This document shows positions 18,273-28,206 of a stretch of DNA of 64,000 nt, in pieces. The DNA lies in the sequence record KJ019086.1; one strand, given 5' to 3'. Position numbers and translations under genes: made by a program. The stretch's first letter is position 1; each line of letters begins with the position of its first letter. Below the pieces are notes generated by a model. The model made no database searches. It saw only the letters and a list, made by a program, of their open reading frames with translations, and was not told where the DNA came from.

Positions 18273-19769
18273 ATGGATTTCAACGTAACCGAAGCTGTCG
18301 AGCTAATCGTATTGTTAGCCGAGACAGAACAGCTAACACTACAAGATGCTCTACAGGAGTTCCTATCAGAGACCGAGTTGGACTCTGAAACGGCATCCCA
18401 TCTAAAGGGTGCCCTCTTTGAGAAATATTCACTCAGAGAGATGGCTACTGATGCCGTAACAAACGCTATGATGAAGGTGTTTGTTAGTCGTCCAGTAGTA
18501 GAAGAGGAAGTGGAGACTCCTGATGGTAATCTCTACTTTGTAGAGGTTGAATTAGAGGAGGAAGTTCTAGAAGGTTATCTAACCCTAGAAGAAATCCAGA
18601 ATATGAGAGTGGATGCTGATGTTCTATCCGTTAAGTTAGTTGATGAAGGTGTTCGTGACACTGACGCCGAGAAAGGAACAGAGGAAAGAAAGAAACGCCT
18701 TGAGAAGAAGCGTGGAATGAAGTTGGATGACCATCCTCAGTATCTGGAAACAGATATGAAGAAGCGTCAGGAGAATAACGAGAAGGCTCGTAAGGATATG
18801 GATAAAGTGAAGGGTCAGAAGAATCCTCACTTCGAAGAGTATGATATTTCTGAAGGTCGCAAAGAAGGTGAGTCTTCTAAAGATTACGCCGATAGAATGA
18901 CTAAGAAGTATTCTGGTGGTAAGTCTAAGTCCTATGATCCCATGAAGGATAAGAACTTCGACCATGACAAGGCAGAAAGAACCCGTGGTTCTATGGAAGA
19001 AGGTCTAGATGCCGTAGGTGGCGAAGACGCTGACATTAATAACGATAATAAGGTTGATAAGACTGATAAGTATCTACACAATCGTCGTAAGGCTATCGGC
19101 AAGGCGATGAAGAAAGAGTCAGCTTGGGCTGAGTATCTAAATCGTAGAGGAATCTCTGAGGAAGTATTCTCTGAAGGTGACCTAATCGACGCAGGTCGTA
19201 AGAATGAGGGAGAAAGAAGGGGAAAAAAGATTACCGGGGAGGGTGTTGATAACTCCTCCTCTGTGAAGTTGATGCCCCGTATCGCTGAAGCCGCTATCAT
19301 CACTGAGAAGTCAGAGAGTAAGTCACAACAGCGTCTCTTTGGTATGGTAAGAGCAGCTCAGAAGGGTGAGAAACCCGCCTCTGGTAAGGTTGCTGAACTA
19401 GCTTCTAAGGTTGGTAAGAAAGACGTTCTAGACTTCGCTAAGACAAAACACAAGGGTTTGAAAGAGAACTGTTGTGATAAGTGTGGCACTCCTGATTGTA
19501 CTTGTGATGAGAAGCCCAAGTCTAAGAAAAAGAAAGCTAAACTAGATGAAGCAGGGATGCCTATTCTAGAGTATTCTAGAAACAACGCTGAAGGTCCTAC
19601 ACCTGAAATGATTGATCCCCCAAAGGATGAAGAAGGTAAGAAGGGTGTAAAGAACCCTAAAGGTAAGGCTAAGAGACCTGGTGCAGGTGACAGAAGACCT
19701 AACGACGGTGGTTCCGAACTACCATTCGATATGGGAACCGTACCCGGTGGCGGCGGTTGTGGTTGCTAA
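18273..19769 (+). CDS. highly charged late protein, probable virion/internal head protein
   Basis: Late promoter; E/K-rich with many xxE sites; EDADINNDNKVDKTDKYL and KSESKSQQRLFGMV segments typical of cyanophage internal proteins. Confidence 0.65.
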   Translation: MDFNVTEAVELIVLLAETEQLTLQDALQEFLSETELDSETASHLKGALFEKYSLREMATDAVTNAMMKVFVSRPVVEEEVETPDGNLYFVEVELEEEVLEGYLTLEEIQNMRVDADVLSVKLVDEGVRDTDAEKGTEERKKRLEKKRGMKLDDHPQYLETDMKKRQENNEKARKDMDKVKGQKNPHFEEYDISEGRKEGESSKDYADRMTKKYSGGKSKSYDPMKDKNFDHDKAERTRGSMEEGLDAVGGEDADINNDNKVDKTDKYLHNRRKAIGKAMKKESAWAEYLNRRGISEEVFSEGDLIDAGRKNEGERRGKKITGEGVDNSSSVKLMPRIAEAAIITEKSESKSQQRLFGMVRAAQKGEKPASGKVAELASKVGKKDVLDFAKTKHKGLKENCCDKCGTPDCTCDEKPKSKKKKAKLDEAGMPILEYSRNNAEGPTPEMIDPPKDEEGKKGVKNPKGKAKRPGAGDRRPNDGGSELPFDMGTVPGGGGCGC

Positions 19770-19795
19770 ATAGTGATGTAGTTTTTAGGTATAAC

Positions 19796-19972
19796 ATGTC
19801 AAAAGTAGTGAGTCTACTCAAGCCAGCACTTCTCTGGTTGCGTGATTCTACCGAAGTGAAGAAGTTAGTAATTGAACTCCTCCAGCGTTACGCTGAGAGT
19901 ACGAAGACTGATGTTGATGATTTACTCGTCGCCACAGTCAGTAAAGCACTCCTCCCCGAAGGAGCTGAGTGA
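19796..19972 (+). CDS. small conserved hypothetical protein (58 aa)
   Basis: ATG 19796 after AGGT; EVKKLVIELL...TKTDVDD. Confidence 0.7.
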   Translation: MSKVVSLLKPALLWLRDSTEVKKLVIELLQRYAESTKTDVDDLLVATVSKALLPEGAE

Positions 19973-20145
19973 TGGAGTGTTTGTTGGTGTCCCATACTAC
20001 GTTTTGGGTACTAACAGGCGCGTTACTTCTTTCTGAAGCTATCGGTGAAACCAAATGGATTAAATCCAATGGAATTTTGTCATTCATCTTTGAACTTTTA
20101 GAGCATCTAGCTCGTATAGTCCGAAAGGTACTATATCAACGTTAA
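19972..20145 (+). CDS. small membrane protein (57 aa)
   Basis: Translated by hand; FWVLTGALLLSEAIG...IKSNGI; TGATG overlap. Confidence 0.6.
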   Translation: MECLLVSHTTFWVLTGALLLSEAIGETKWIKSNGILSFIFELLEHLARIVRKVLYQR

Positions 20146-20178
20146 CCTAGGGGGTATTTAAAACCTTCTAGGTTTTTT
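20146..20178 (+). terminator. intrinsic terminator
   Basis: CCTAGGGGGT/ACCTTCTAGG hairpin plus T tract. Confidence 0.6.
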
Positions 20179-20181
20179 CTG

Positions 20182-20189
20182 TATAAATA
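20182..20189 (+). promoter_or_regulatory. T4 late promoter TATAAATA
   Basis: Exact motif. Confidence 0.75.
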
Positions 20190-20224
20190 AAACTACCGGA
20201 TATTCACACTAAAGGAATCAACAA

Positions 20225-21031
20225 ATGGCACTCTGGGGAAACAAAGACAATTTACAAGGTCCAACTCCAGTTACTATTGTCGGCACAGCAACCTCCGAGT
20301 TTTGGACTGCTGCCGCAACTGGAATTGGCACTATCGCAACAGGAACAACCATCGTATTAGGTGATGGTGGTTCAGCGGGTTTTGCAGTCATCGAAGCAAG
20401 TTTAGGGGCAGACCTAGTAAAGGTTAACCATCTATCAGCACTTGCTGGAGCTAACGCGGCTGTATATTCACTACAACCTATCTCACTCAAGAACGATCCT
20501 GGTTATGCTCCTACTTCAGCCGATGGCTCACTAGGACGTACTCAAAGACCAGTTGGTTTGAGTTCCGCAAACATGACAGCATCAGCTGGTACAGTATGGG
20601 AAGCTGATCACAGTGGTTGGGTTGGAGTTACAACCTACATGGATAACTCAGCAACACCTCCAGTGATGCGTGTTAAGAAGGAAGTTCTAGTCGCTATGTC
20701 TGGTATTCAGACCGGTGGACGTGAGTATCCTGGTATGTTCAGTAACGCAGCTGCCGCAGTTGTTATTGGTGCAGCATCCGTAAGTGGTTCTGCCACACCT
20801 GTAGCACTCACACCATCAGCATATACAGTATCTACTGCTTCAGCAACTGCTGGTGACCTAACCTATGTTTGGTCTACTAACGATGGTTCTGCTACAATTA
20901 CTGGTGGCACTACAACTACCGCTAACATTGGATTCAGTACAGCTGGTAGCTACAACGTTACTTGTACAGTTTCTTCTGCAACTGCCTCTGATTCACCATC
21001 AGCAGACACACTTGCAGTAGTCGCTAGCTGA
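20225..21031 (+). CDS. virion structural protein with C-terminal Ig/PKD-like domain
   Basis: MALWG start, HSGWVG...RVKKEVLVAM; A/T/S/G-rich; TYVWS...YNVTCTV Ig-like pattern; late promoter. Confidence 0.7.
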   Translation: MALWGNKDNLQGPTPVTIVGTATSEFWTAAATGIGTIATGTTIVLGDGGSAGFAVIEASLGADLVKVNHLSALAGANAAVYSLQPISLKNDPGYAPTSADGSLGRTQRPVGLSSANMTASAGTVWEADHSGWVGVTTYMDNSATPPVMRVKKEVLVAMSGIQTGGREYPGMFSNAAAAVVIGAASVSGSATPVALTPSAYTVSTASATAGDLTYVWSTNDGSATITGGTTTTANIGFSTAGSYNVTCTVSSATASDSPSADTLAVVAS

Positions 21032-21047
21032 TAACCAAGAGTAAGAG

Positions 21048-21431
21048 ATGAGATTTGACGAACTAAATGATGATAATTATCTCTTGTTTGCTATCAAGTT
21101 TTACGAGAATCCTCACGCGGTAACCCGTGATGATTTTGAGGATGATCTTAAGAAGATTAAGTATGTTAAACGTTTATTGAGACGTTATAGGAATATGGGT
21201 GTGTTAAAAACACACCTCATACTTAATCACTTGATAGTATTATTTAATGTATTTGGGGATGCTGCCGTCCCTCTCCTGTTCTATAACATAGAAAAGGATC
21301 TATGGCCAGCACTAAAGGGGTTTCTTGTGTTTATGCACAAACTTCCTGAGTTTCCTAGGACACTTATGGATGAAGTTCCCCTAGACGAATATTGCCTAGA
21401 ACAACTGGAGAACATAGATGAGTCATCCTAA
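21048..21431 (+). CDS. conserved T4-like hypothetical protein
   Basis: MRFDELNDDN...F.DDLKKIKYVKRL...LILNHLI. Confidence 0.8.
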   Translation: MRFDELNDDNYLLFAIKFYENPHAVTRDDFEDDLKKIKYVKRLLRRYRNMGVLKTHLILNHLIVLFNVFGDAAVPLLFYNIEKDLWPALKGFLVFMHKLPEFPRTLMDEVPLDEYCLEQLENIDESS

Positions 21432-21603
21432 ACTAGATATTCTAATAGAAGCCTTCAGGAAACTGAGGGAAGATGCAGGAATGACTGTCGGTGGTGGTAA
21501 CATCGCTGGTATGCCTCCAGAAGATACTGATCCCCCTGTGGATCTAAAGAAGAAAAAGAAGAAGGTATTATCTACCTTCCGTAGAAGTTTACCCAACCAG
21601 TAG
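21418..21603 (+). CDS. small hypothetical protein
   Basis: 61-aa ORF; LRED...GGGNIAG. Confidence 0.65.
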   Translation: MSHPKLDILIEAFRKLREDAGMTVGGGNIAGMPPEDTDPPVDLKKKKKKVLSTFRRSLPNQ

Positions 21604-21610
21604 GAAATTT

Positions 21611-21997
21611 ATGTTCCAGAGGAATGACAATGTGAAATTGGCAGTCCTTGAGGAGAAACTAAGTACAACATCTGAAGTTATCTCCAAGCTTGATGAAAAT
21701 ATCGAGCAACTTAGTCATCTGAGTGTCAATGTCAGCAAAATGTTAGCTGTCCACGAAGAAAAGATAGAGGTTTCCAGAGAAGCCCACCTAGAAACTGAAA
21801 AGGAAATAGGAGAACTATCAGACAGATTAGAAGAAAAGTATAAATGTTTAGCTAAAAGACTCACTGCTTTGGAGTTTAGAGTCTGGATGGCTGCGGGCGC
21901 CTTTGCTATTATAGGTATCTGTCTCCAAATTGGTATTATAGAGGGTGTTTCATTATCCCAAAAGTCTGTTATAATGGAGGTGTCCCAGACTGAGTGA
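21611..21997 (+). CDS. coiled-coil protein with C-terminal TM segment
   Basis: Heptad-rich N-part; WMAAGAFAIIGICLQIGII hydrophobic stretch. Confidence 0.7.
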   Translation: MFQRNDNVKLAVLEEKLSTTSEVISKLDENIEQLSHLSVNVSKMLAVHEEKIEVSREAHLETEKEIGELSDRLEEKYKCLAKRLTALEFRVWMAAGAFAIIGICLQIGIIEGVSLSQKSVIMEVSQTE

Positions 21998-22004
21998 ATA
22001 CTGA

Positions 22005-22985
22005 ATGGATTTTGTTGATTCCAAGTTCATAAGTCTAGTATCCTCTCGCTTAGAGAAGTTCAAACAGAAGAAGTCTGACCTGTATAACTGCAGGTGTCCC
22101 ATTTGTGGAGACTCTTCTAGGAACCGAACTAAAGCGAGGGGATATATTTATGCAGTGAAACAAAATACAAACTACAAATGCCACAACTGTGGTGTGAGTA
22201 TGTCATTCTCCAACTTTATAAAGGAGATAGATCCAGTATTACATAAGCAGTATGTTTTTGAGAAGTTCAAGGGGAAGAACTCTACGCCCATCAAGAACAC
22301 TAAGTCAGTTCTGGATAAGTTCTCCTATGAACCTAAGTTCAAGAAGAAGACAAAGATTGATTTACCCTCCGCCTTTGATGTAAAACTATCTAAGGAGTAT
22401 CTGGATAATAGAAAGATCACCTCTGGGGAGTTTTATTACACAGATAACTTCAAAGAGTTTGTGAATGTAATCAAACCAGGAACGTTTGATGACGAACGTG
22501 GAGGACCTAGAATTGTAATTCCTCTGTATGACATGGATGGTGTCCTATTTGGTCTACAGGGAAGATCTCTCCTCCCCAGTAAGGTTAAATACATCACAAT
22601 CATCCTTGATGAAGACCAACCAAAAGTGTATGGTTTGGAGAAAATAGACCCCACACAGAGGGTTTATCTAGTGGAAGGTCCTTTCGATTCCACATTCATA
22701 AATAACTCACTCGCTATGTGTGGTGCTGATGTAGTATTAGATACACTGGGACTACAGGAACTAGTATATGTGTACGATAACGAGCCTCGTAATAGAGAAA
22801 TCTGCAATAGGATTAATAAAGTTATCGATCAGGGTAAGAAAGTTGTTATTTTCCCCACAAATATAGAACAAAAGGACATCAATGATATGATCCTAGCAGG
22901 GCATGATATAATGACTGTATTGGGATCCAATGTCTACCAAGGACTAACTGCCAAAATTAAGTATAACGAATGGAAAAGATTATGA
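22005..22985 (+). CDS. gp61: DNA primase gp61
   Basis: Zn finger CRCPICGD...CHNC; TOPRIM VEGPFDS, DNEPRN and KDINDM. Confidence 0.96.
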   Translation: MDFVDSKFISLVSSRLEKFKQKKSDLYNCRCPICGDSSRNRTKARGYIYAVKQNTNYKCHNCGVSMSFSNFIKEIDPVLHKQYVFEKFKGKNSTPIKNTKSVLDKFSYEPKFKKKTKIDLPSAFDVKLSKEYLDNRKITSGEFYYTDNFKEFVNVIKPGTFDDERGGPRIVIPLYDMDGVLFGLQGRSLLPSKVKYITIILDEDQPKVYGLEKIDPTQRVYLVEGPFDSTFINNSLAMCGADVVLDTLGLQELVYVYDNEPRNREICNRINKVIDQGKKVVIFPTNIEQKDINDMILAGHDIMTVLGSNVYQGLTAKIKYNEWKRL

Positions 22986-25282
22986 ATTCTGTGATCAGTG
23001 TTGTTAAGAGGTCTGGGGACAAAGAAGTACTCGACATTAACAAACTTCACGTAATGGTCGAAGCTGCTTGTGAAGATCTATCTGGGGTTTCTGCTTCACA
23101 GGTAGAGATGAACTCAAATATTCAGTTCTATGATGGAATTACAACTGATGCTATTCAGGAAATTCTTATCAAGAGTGCTTCTGATTTGATTGATCTCGAT
23201 CACCCAAACTATCAGTATGTTGCTGCTAGGTTGTTGTTGTTTGCTGTACGCAAACAGGTTTATGATCGTATGCATGAACTACCTGATGTTAAGTCACACG
23301 TTAGAAAGTGTGTAGATGTAGGTGTTTATGATGCTGAAATCTTTGATCTCTACAGTGACGAAGAGTTTGCTGAGTTTGATAAGATTATTAATCACGACAG
23401 GGACTACATCTTCACCTTTGCTGGTCTCCGTCAGGTGGTAGATAAGTACTTGGTTCAGGATAGAACCAACAATAAGGTATATGAAACCCCCCAGTTCATG
23501 TATCTCCTTATCGCCGCTACTATCTTCTCTCAGTATCCTAGAGATACAAGAATGTCCTACGTAAAACGTTACTATGACGCAATCTCAAAACACCGTATCA
23601 ATATTCCAACGCCTATTATGGCAGGCGTTAGAACGCCCCTTAGGCAGTTCGCTAGCTGCGTTCTTATTGATTCCGACGACAGTCTCGATTCTATCTTTAG
23701 TTCTGATATGGCTATTGGCAGATATGTTGCGCAAAGAGCTGGAATCGGGATCAACGCTGGTAGAATCCGTGGACTCAACAGTAAGATCCGTGGTGGAGAG
23801 GTCAGTCATACAGGGGTAATTCCTTTCCTTAAGAAGTTTGAAACTACCGTTAGGTGTTGTACCCAGAACGGTATCAGGGGAGGTTCGGCAACAGTTCACT
23901 TCCCTATCTGGCACCAAGAGATCGAAGATATCATGGTGTTGAAGAATAACAAGGGTACAGAAGACAACCGAGTGAGGAAACTTGACTACTCCATCCAACT
24001 ATCAAAGATTTTCTACGAGCGTTTCATCCAGAATGGAGAGATTAGCTTGTTCTCACCGCATGACGTACCAGGTTTGTATGATGCTTTTGGTACTGATGAC
24101 TTTGACACTCTATATCGGATGCATGAACTCAATGATGCTGTTCCAAGAACGACACACAAAGCACAAGAGTTAATCATGGATCTCTTGAAGGAGAGATCTG
24201 AGACTGGTCGTATCTACTTAATGAATATCGATCACTGTAACTCTCACTCTTCCTTCCTGGATAAGGTGGAGATGTCCAACCTCTGTCAGGAGATTACACT
24301 ACCTACAAGACCCCTAAATCATATCGATGATACCGAAGGTGAGATTGCTCTCTGTATCCTCTCTGCGTTGAACGTAGGTAAGTTACGCAACCTAGAAGAG
24401 ATGGAGGAGCTATGTGACTTGGCAATTCGTGGTTTAGATGAACTCATTGACTTCCAAAACTACCCCATCAAGGCAGCTGAAATTGCCACTAAGAATCGTA
24501 GGTCTCTAGGTGTTGGTTACATTGGGTTGGCACACTACCTAGCGAAACATAGAGTTGGGTATAATGATCAGGAAGCATTCCAATTGGTTCATGATCTAAC
24601 TGAACACTTCCAGTACTATCTAATCAAGGCAACAACTAATCTCGCCAAAGAGAAAGGAGCTTGTGGTTGGTCTGATCGTACTAAGTATAGTCAGGGTATT
24701 CTACCCATTGATACATACAAGAGTGATGTGGATGAGATCGTTCCTAACGTTCTCACACTAGACTGGGAAGCTCTACGAGCCGATTGTCTGAAGTATGGAG
24801 TCCGTAACTCCACTCTATCCGCACAGATGCCCTCTGAGTCCTCCTCAGTCGTCTGTAACGCCACTAACGGTATCGAACCACCCAGAGGGTTCCTATCGGT
24901 GAAGAAGTCCAAGAAGGGAACCCTGAAACAGATTGTTCCTTCCTATCCATACCTCAAGCAGTTCTACACTCTCCTATGGGAAATGGGTAGTAACGAGGGA
25001 TACATCAAGATTGTGGCTGTGATGCAGAAGTTCTTTGACCAGGCTATCTCTGGGAACTGGTCTTACAACCCTAAGGACTACCCAAATAATGAGGTTCCAA
25101 TGAGTGAGATGGTCAAAGATTGGCTCACTACATATAAGTACGGTTGGAAGACTTCTTACTACCAAAACACATATGATATGTCCACCGATACTGGGGAATC
25201 TGACACCAAAGAAGAACTAGAATCATTACTATCACAGATCGAACTTCTCGAAGATGACGACTGTGACAGCTGTAAAATCTAA
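22982..25282 (+). CDS. nrdA: ribonucleotide reductase class Ia alpha subunit
   Basis: ATP cone, QFASCVL, SNLCQEI, LSAQMPSESSS and C-terminal CDSC; ATG 22982 overlaps the primase stop. Confidence 0.98.
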   Translation: MNSVISVVKRSGDKEVLDINKLHVMVEAACEDLSGVSASQVEMNSNIQFYDGITTDAIQEILIKSASDLIDLDHPNYQYVAARLLLFAVRKQVYDRMHELPDVKSHVRKCVDVGVYDAEIFDLYSDEEFAEFDKIINHDRDYIFTFAGLRQVVDKYLVQDRTNNKVYETPQFMYLLIAATIFSQYPRDTRMSYVKRYYDAISKHRINIPTPIMAGVRTPLRQFASCVLIDSDDSLDSIFSSDMAIGRYVAQRAGIGINAGRIRGLNSKIRGGEVSHTGVIPFLKKFETTVRCCTQNGIRGGSATVHFPIWHQEIEDIMVLKNNKGTEDNRVRKLDYSIQLSKIFYERFIQNGEISLFSPHDVPGLYDAFGTDDFDTLYRMHELNDAVPRTTHKAQELIMDLLKERSETGRIYLMNIDHCNSHSSFLDKVEMSNLCQEITLPTRPLNHIDDTEGEIALCILSALNVGKLRNLEEMEELCDLAIRGLDELIDFQNYPIKAAEIATKNRRSLGVGYIGLAHYLAKHRVGYNDQEAFQLVHDLTEHFQYYLIKATTNLAKEKGACGWSDRTKYSQGILPIDTYKSDVDEIVPNVLTLDWEALRADCLKYGVRNSTLSAQMPSESSSVVCNATNGIEPPRGFLSVKKSKKGTLKQIVPSYPYLKQFYTLLWEMGSNEGYIKIVAVMQKFFDQAISGNWSYNPKDYPNNEVPMSEMVKDWLTTYKYGWKTSYYQNTYDMSTDTGESDTKEELESLLSQIELLEDDDCDSCKI

Positions 25283-25339
25283 TCCATAAAGTGATATAAT
25301 AGGATCACTACACAAACCATAAACTAACTCTCACCAACT

Positions 25340-26506
25340 ATGAAGTTTCTAACAAATACAGGAAATATTGAAGGAATGACCGTGTTTAATCAGAATGAAG
25401 TTGATGCTAAGACCCAACCAATGTTTTTTGGTAAGCCTCTGGGGATACAACGTTATGATACCTTTAAGTATCCTATCTTTGAGAAGCTAACTCAACAACA
25501 ACTAGGATACTTCTGGAAGCCAGAGGAGATCTCTCTTCAGAAAGATAGGTCTGACTATCAGAAGTTGCGTCCAGAACAGAAACACATCTTTACTTCTAAC
25601 CTAAAGTATCAGATTCTTTTGGATTCTGTACAAGGTCGTGGTCCTGGTATGGCTTTTGCTCCCTATTGTTCTCTCCCAGAACTAGAAGGATGTCTTAAGG
25701 CTTGGGAGTTTATGGAGATGATTCATAGCAGATCTTATACTCATATTATCAAGAACCTATACCCAGATCCTTCTGAAGTATTTGATACTATTCTGACAGA
25801 TGAAAAGATCCTTGAGCGAGCAAAGACGGTTACAGCGGCTTATAACGAATTCATTAATGCCGCTCACGAATACGACAACGGTAACACATGGCAACACGCA
25901 AATGAAGACGTACCTACGGCTCTTGTCAACCGTTATGACCTTAAGCGTAAGCTTTACCGTGCTATGGCTAACGTTAATATCCTAGAGGGTATTCGTTTCT
26001 ATGTTTCCTTTGCCTGTTCTTTCGCCTTTGGTGAGTTGAAGCAGATGGAGGCATCAGCCAAGATCATTTCACTCATTGCCCGTGACGAATCACAACACCT
26101 AGTTATCAGTCAGAACATTCTGAAGAACTGGAGGAATGGTGATGATCCTGATATGATCAAGATTGCTGAGGAACAGAAGCCTTGGTTGATTGAAACCTTT
26201 AAGTTGGCAGTGGATCAGGAGAAAGCCTGGGCGGAATACCTCTTTAAAGATGGTTCTATGATTGGTTTGAACGAGAAACTACTAGGAAACTATGTTGAGT
26301 GGATTGCTAACCGTCGTATGAAGGCTGTTGGTCTAGAACCCATCTACGATATTGCAGCTAAGAACAACCCCCTCCCCTGGACAGAACACTGGTTGAACTC
26401 TAAGAGTGTTCAGGTTGCCCCTCAGGAGACTGAGATTACCTCCTATATCGTTGGTAATGTGAACCAGGATGTGAAATCAGATCAGTTTGCTAACTTCTCC
26501 CTATAA
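25340..26506 (+). CDS. nrdB: ribonucleotide reductase class Ia beta subunit
   Basis: LLDSVQ, EMIHSRSY, LEGIRFY, RDESQH and APQETEI.SY. Confidence 0.98.
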   Translation: MKFLTNTGNIEGMTVFNQNEVDAKTQPMFFGKPLGIQRYDTFKYPIFEKLTQQQLGYFWKPEEISLQKDRSDYQKLRPEQKHIFTSNLKYQILLDSVQGRGPGMAFAPYCSLPELEGCLKAWEFMEMIHSRSYTHIIKNLYPDPSEVFDTILTDEKILERAKTVTAAYNEFINAAHEYDNGNTWQHANEDVPTALVNRYDLKRKLYRAMANVNILEGIRFYVSFACSFAFGELKQMEASAKIISLIARDESQHLVISQNILKNWRNGDDPDMIKIAEEQKPWLIETFKLAVDQEKAWAEYLFKDGSMIGLNEKLLGNYVEWIANRRMKAVGLEPIYDIAAKNNPLPWTEHWLNSKSVQVAPQETEITSYIVGNVNQDVKSDQFANFSL

Positions 26507-26511
26507 TTTGA

Positions 26512-27153
26512 ATGGAACTATATTATGAAAAGTTAGATAAGAATCTCTATGTATTAGATGATTTCTTTACTATGGATGAATTCATGCCGTTACATGATGA
26601 ACTACACGGCATGTACCATACTTTTTTGAGAAAGAGGGAGAACTATGTGGGTGGTGAAAACCCATATTGGTTTGCACTCAGTAAGAATAATACTCCAAAT
26701 TCATCACCAAATAACGGACTCGGGGAAAATATGGTTTTCCTCGATAGAGCCACAAAGATAAGATGGGCAATAAACAAAATACTGAGACCTGATTTCTCCT
26801 TTTACCTGAAGAGAATCAATACTAACCTGCAATGGAAGTTTCAGGATTCATCTTTCCATTTAGATTCGTATAGTAATGAACTAGACGAGAAATACTGGGG
26901 TTGGACTTTCCTCGCCTGCACCCAAACGGATTGGGATTATGAGTGGGGAGGTGAGTTTGTGTGTCAGGTTGCAGACAGAACCTACAAAAACATCTCATAT
27001 TCACCAAATAGGTGTATACTATTCAATGGGGATTGTTCCCATAGGGGAGCTGCCCCCAATATCTTTGCACGGGATTTTAGAACTACCGTAGCTTGGACAT
27101 TTGTATCTGTGGACGCACATATAACCCCCGATGCAACTAGCCATATTTCCTAG
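26512..27153 (+). CDS. 2OG-Fe(II) oxygenase
   Basis: FHLD, WDYEWGGEF, PNRCILF.G..SHRG and R.TVAW. Confidence 0.85.
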   Translation: MELYYEKLDKNLYVLDDFFTMDEFMPLHDELHGMYHTFLRKRENYVGGENPYWFALSKNNTPNSSPNNGLGENMVFLDRATKIRWAINKILRPDFSFYLKRINTNLQWKFQDSSFHLDSYSNELDEKYWGWTFLACTQTDWDYEWGGEFVCQVADRTYKNISYSPNRCILFNGDCSHRGAAPNIFARDFRTTVAWTFVSVDAHITPDATSHIS

Positions 27154-27200
27154 ATAGTCACGTCACATGATAGAATGACGTATATCACTAGGAGGATGTC

Positions 27201-27416
27201 ATGTCGAGTGAACCATTTCTTGAATGGATGGTGAAGCCGCCCATTTCAGATGAAGAGTTGATGTTGATTTGCCTAAAGAATGCCCCGTGTGGTACGAATA
27301 GGAAGCAAGCAATGAAATTGATCAGAGTGTTGGAAGTAAAGTTGGCGGAACCTACGGGATTTGCTAATATATTTCCACAACCCAAACCAGGTGGGGAGTC
27401 TGATTATGCTGGGTAA
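27201..27416 (+). CDS. hypothetical protein
   Basis: AGGAGG RBS; 71 aa. Confidence 0.7.
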   Translation: MSSEPFLEWMVKPPISDEELMLICLKNAPCGTNRKQAMKLIRVLEVKLAEPTGFANIFPQPKPGGESDYAG

Positions 27417-27534
27417 TGTTTTACTTTGGATATCAATTCCCTTTGTAGTTGCTACCATATTCTTTGGTATCTACAGAGGTGAAAATTATTATTATGAGAG
27501 TAGTGACTATGATGGAAATGGAACATCGCATTAA
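27406..27534 (+). CDS. small single-pass membrane protein (42 aa, MLGNVLLWISIPFVVATIFFG...YDGNGTSH)
   Basis: Translated by hand; GGGGAG RBS; one TM helix. Confidence 0.65.
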   Translation: MLGNVLLWISIPFVVATIFFGIYRGENYYYESSDYDGNGTSH

Positions 27535-27727
27535 GATGCGTTACGAATTCGCTATGAGTTCGTTCGCTAGAATGTACGGAGTGAGAGCTGTTTCTGGCTC
27601 AGGGCACCATGTCAAATTCTGCAAAAGGTGGGCAGATACTAGTGTTGAGGAAGCTCCTAATGGAACTCTAACTGAAGTTGATTTCTACTTCAGGGATTTG
27701 TGGGACATTTGGGGGGAGTATATATAA
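27512..27727 (+). CDS. conserved cyanophage hypothetical protein (start uncertain)
   Basis: KMRYEFAMSSFARMYGV...FCKRWA...VDFYFRDLW. Confidence 0.7.
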   Translation: MEMEHRIKMRYEFAMSSFARMYGVRAVSGSGHHVKFCKRWADTSVEEAPNGTLTEVDFYFRDLWDIWGEYI

Positions 27728-27810
27728 TGAGAACATATATTCCAGCGTTTTTCATACTAACCTTTGTGATAGTATTTGTTACTTGGGGATTGAATAACGC
27801 CTACCCATAA
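27727..27810 (+). CDS. 27-aa membrane peptide
   Basis: MRTYIPAFFILTFVIVFVTWGLNNAYP; TAATG coupling. Confidence 0.55.
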   Translation: MRTYIPAFFILTFVIVFVTWGLNNAYP

Positions 27811-27818
27811 AATTACAT

Positions 27819-27962
27819 ATGATTGCTTCGTATAAGAAACTCGAAACGGAAAACTTCATGTTGCGTTTGGAAGTCGAGAGACTACGAATGGCACTACAAG
27901 AGACCCAAAACGAGTGGTCACACCCAGAGTCTTGTGTTAGAAAACAAAGTCTCTGGAAATAG
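27819..27962 (+). CDS. small hypothetical protein (47 aa)
   Basis: Translated by hand; ends just before a terminator. Confidence 0.55.
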   Translation: MIASYKKLETENFMLRLEVERLRMALQETQNEWSHPESCVRKQSLWK

Positions 27963-27966
27963 GTTA

Positions 27967-28004
27967 GGGGGGTGGTTGCCACCTCCCTTTTTTTGTGCTA
28001 TAAT
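27967..28004 (+). terminator. terminator hairpin overlapping a TTGCCA-N17-TATAAT promoter
   Basis: GGGGGGTGG/CCACCTCCC plus T tract; -35 at 27976-27981, -10 at 27999-28004. Confidence 0.7.
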
Positions 28005-28071
28005 ACCTTTGTGAAGGGAAACAGGGGCTGCTTAGCATCTAAATACTTAATGAGAGGAGTTATCATTTAAT

Positions 28072-28206
28072 ATGGCATACAGAGTTTGGCATTCACCAAT
28101 AAAGAGTATTATCCTACAAACCTATGAGGAGGTAGTTGTATACTATGCAATGCAAAGAGCAGCACATAACACTACTCCAGAAGGTTGGGAAGAAGTTGCT
28201 GCATAG
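28072..28206 (+). CDS. small hypothetical protein (44 aa)
   Basis: Translated by hand; GAGGAG upstream. Confidence 0.45.
   Translation: MAYRVWHSPIKSIILQTYEEVVVYYAMQRAAHNTTPEGWEEVAA

Noticed and set aside
19972-21997. Holin calls for the small TM proteins at 19972 and 21611
   Set aside because: Only hydrophobicity supports this, and they are far from the lysin genes.
22982-26506. Intein or intron in nrdA/nrdB
   Set aside because: Both have ordinary lengths and continuous frames.
27406-27534. Named photosystem subunit (PsbN/PsbI/PsbX)
   Set aside because: It does not match the motifs I know for these subunits; left as an unknown membrane peptide.
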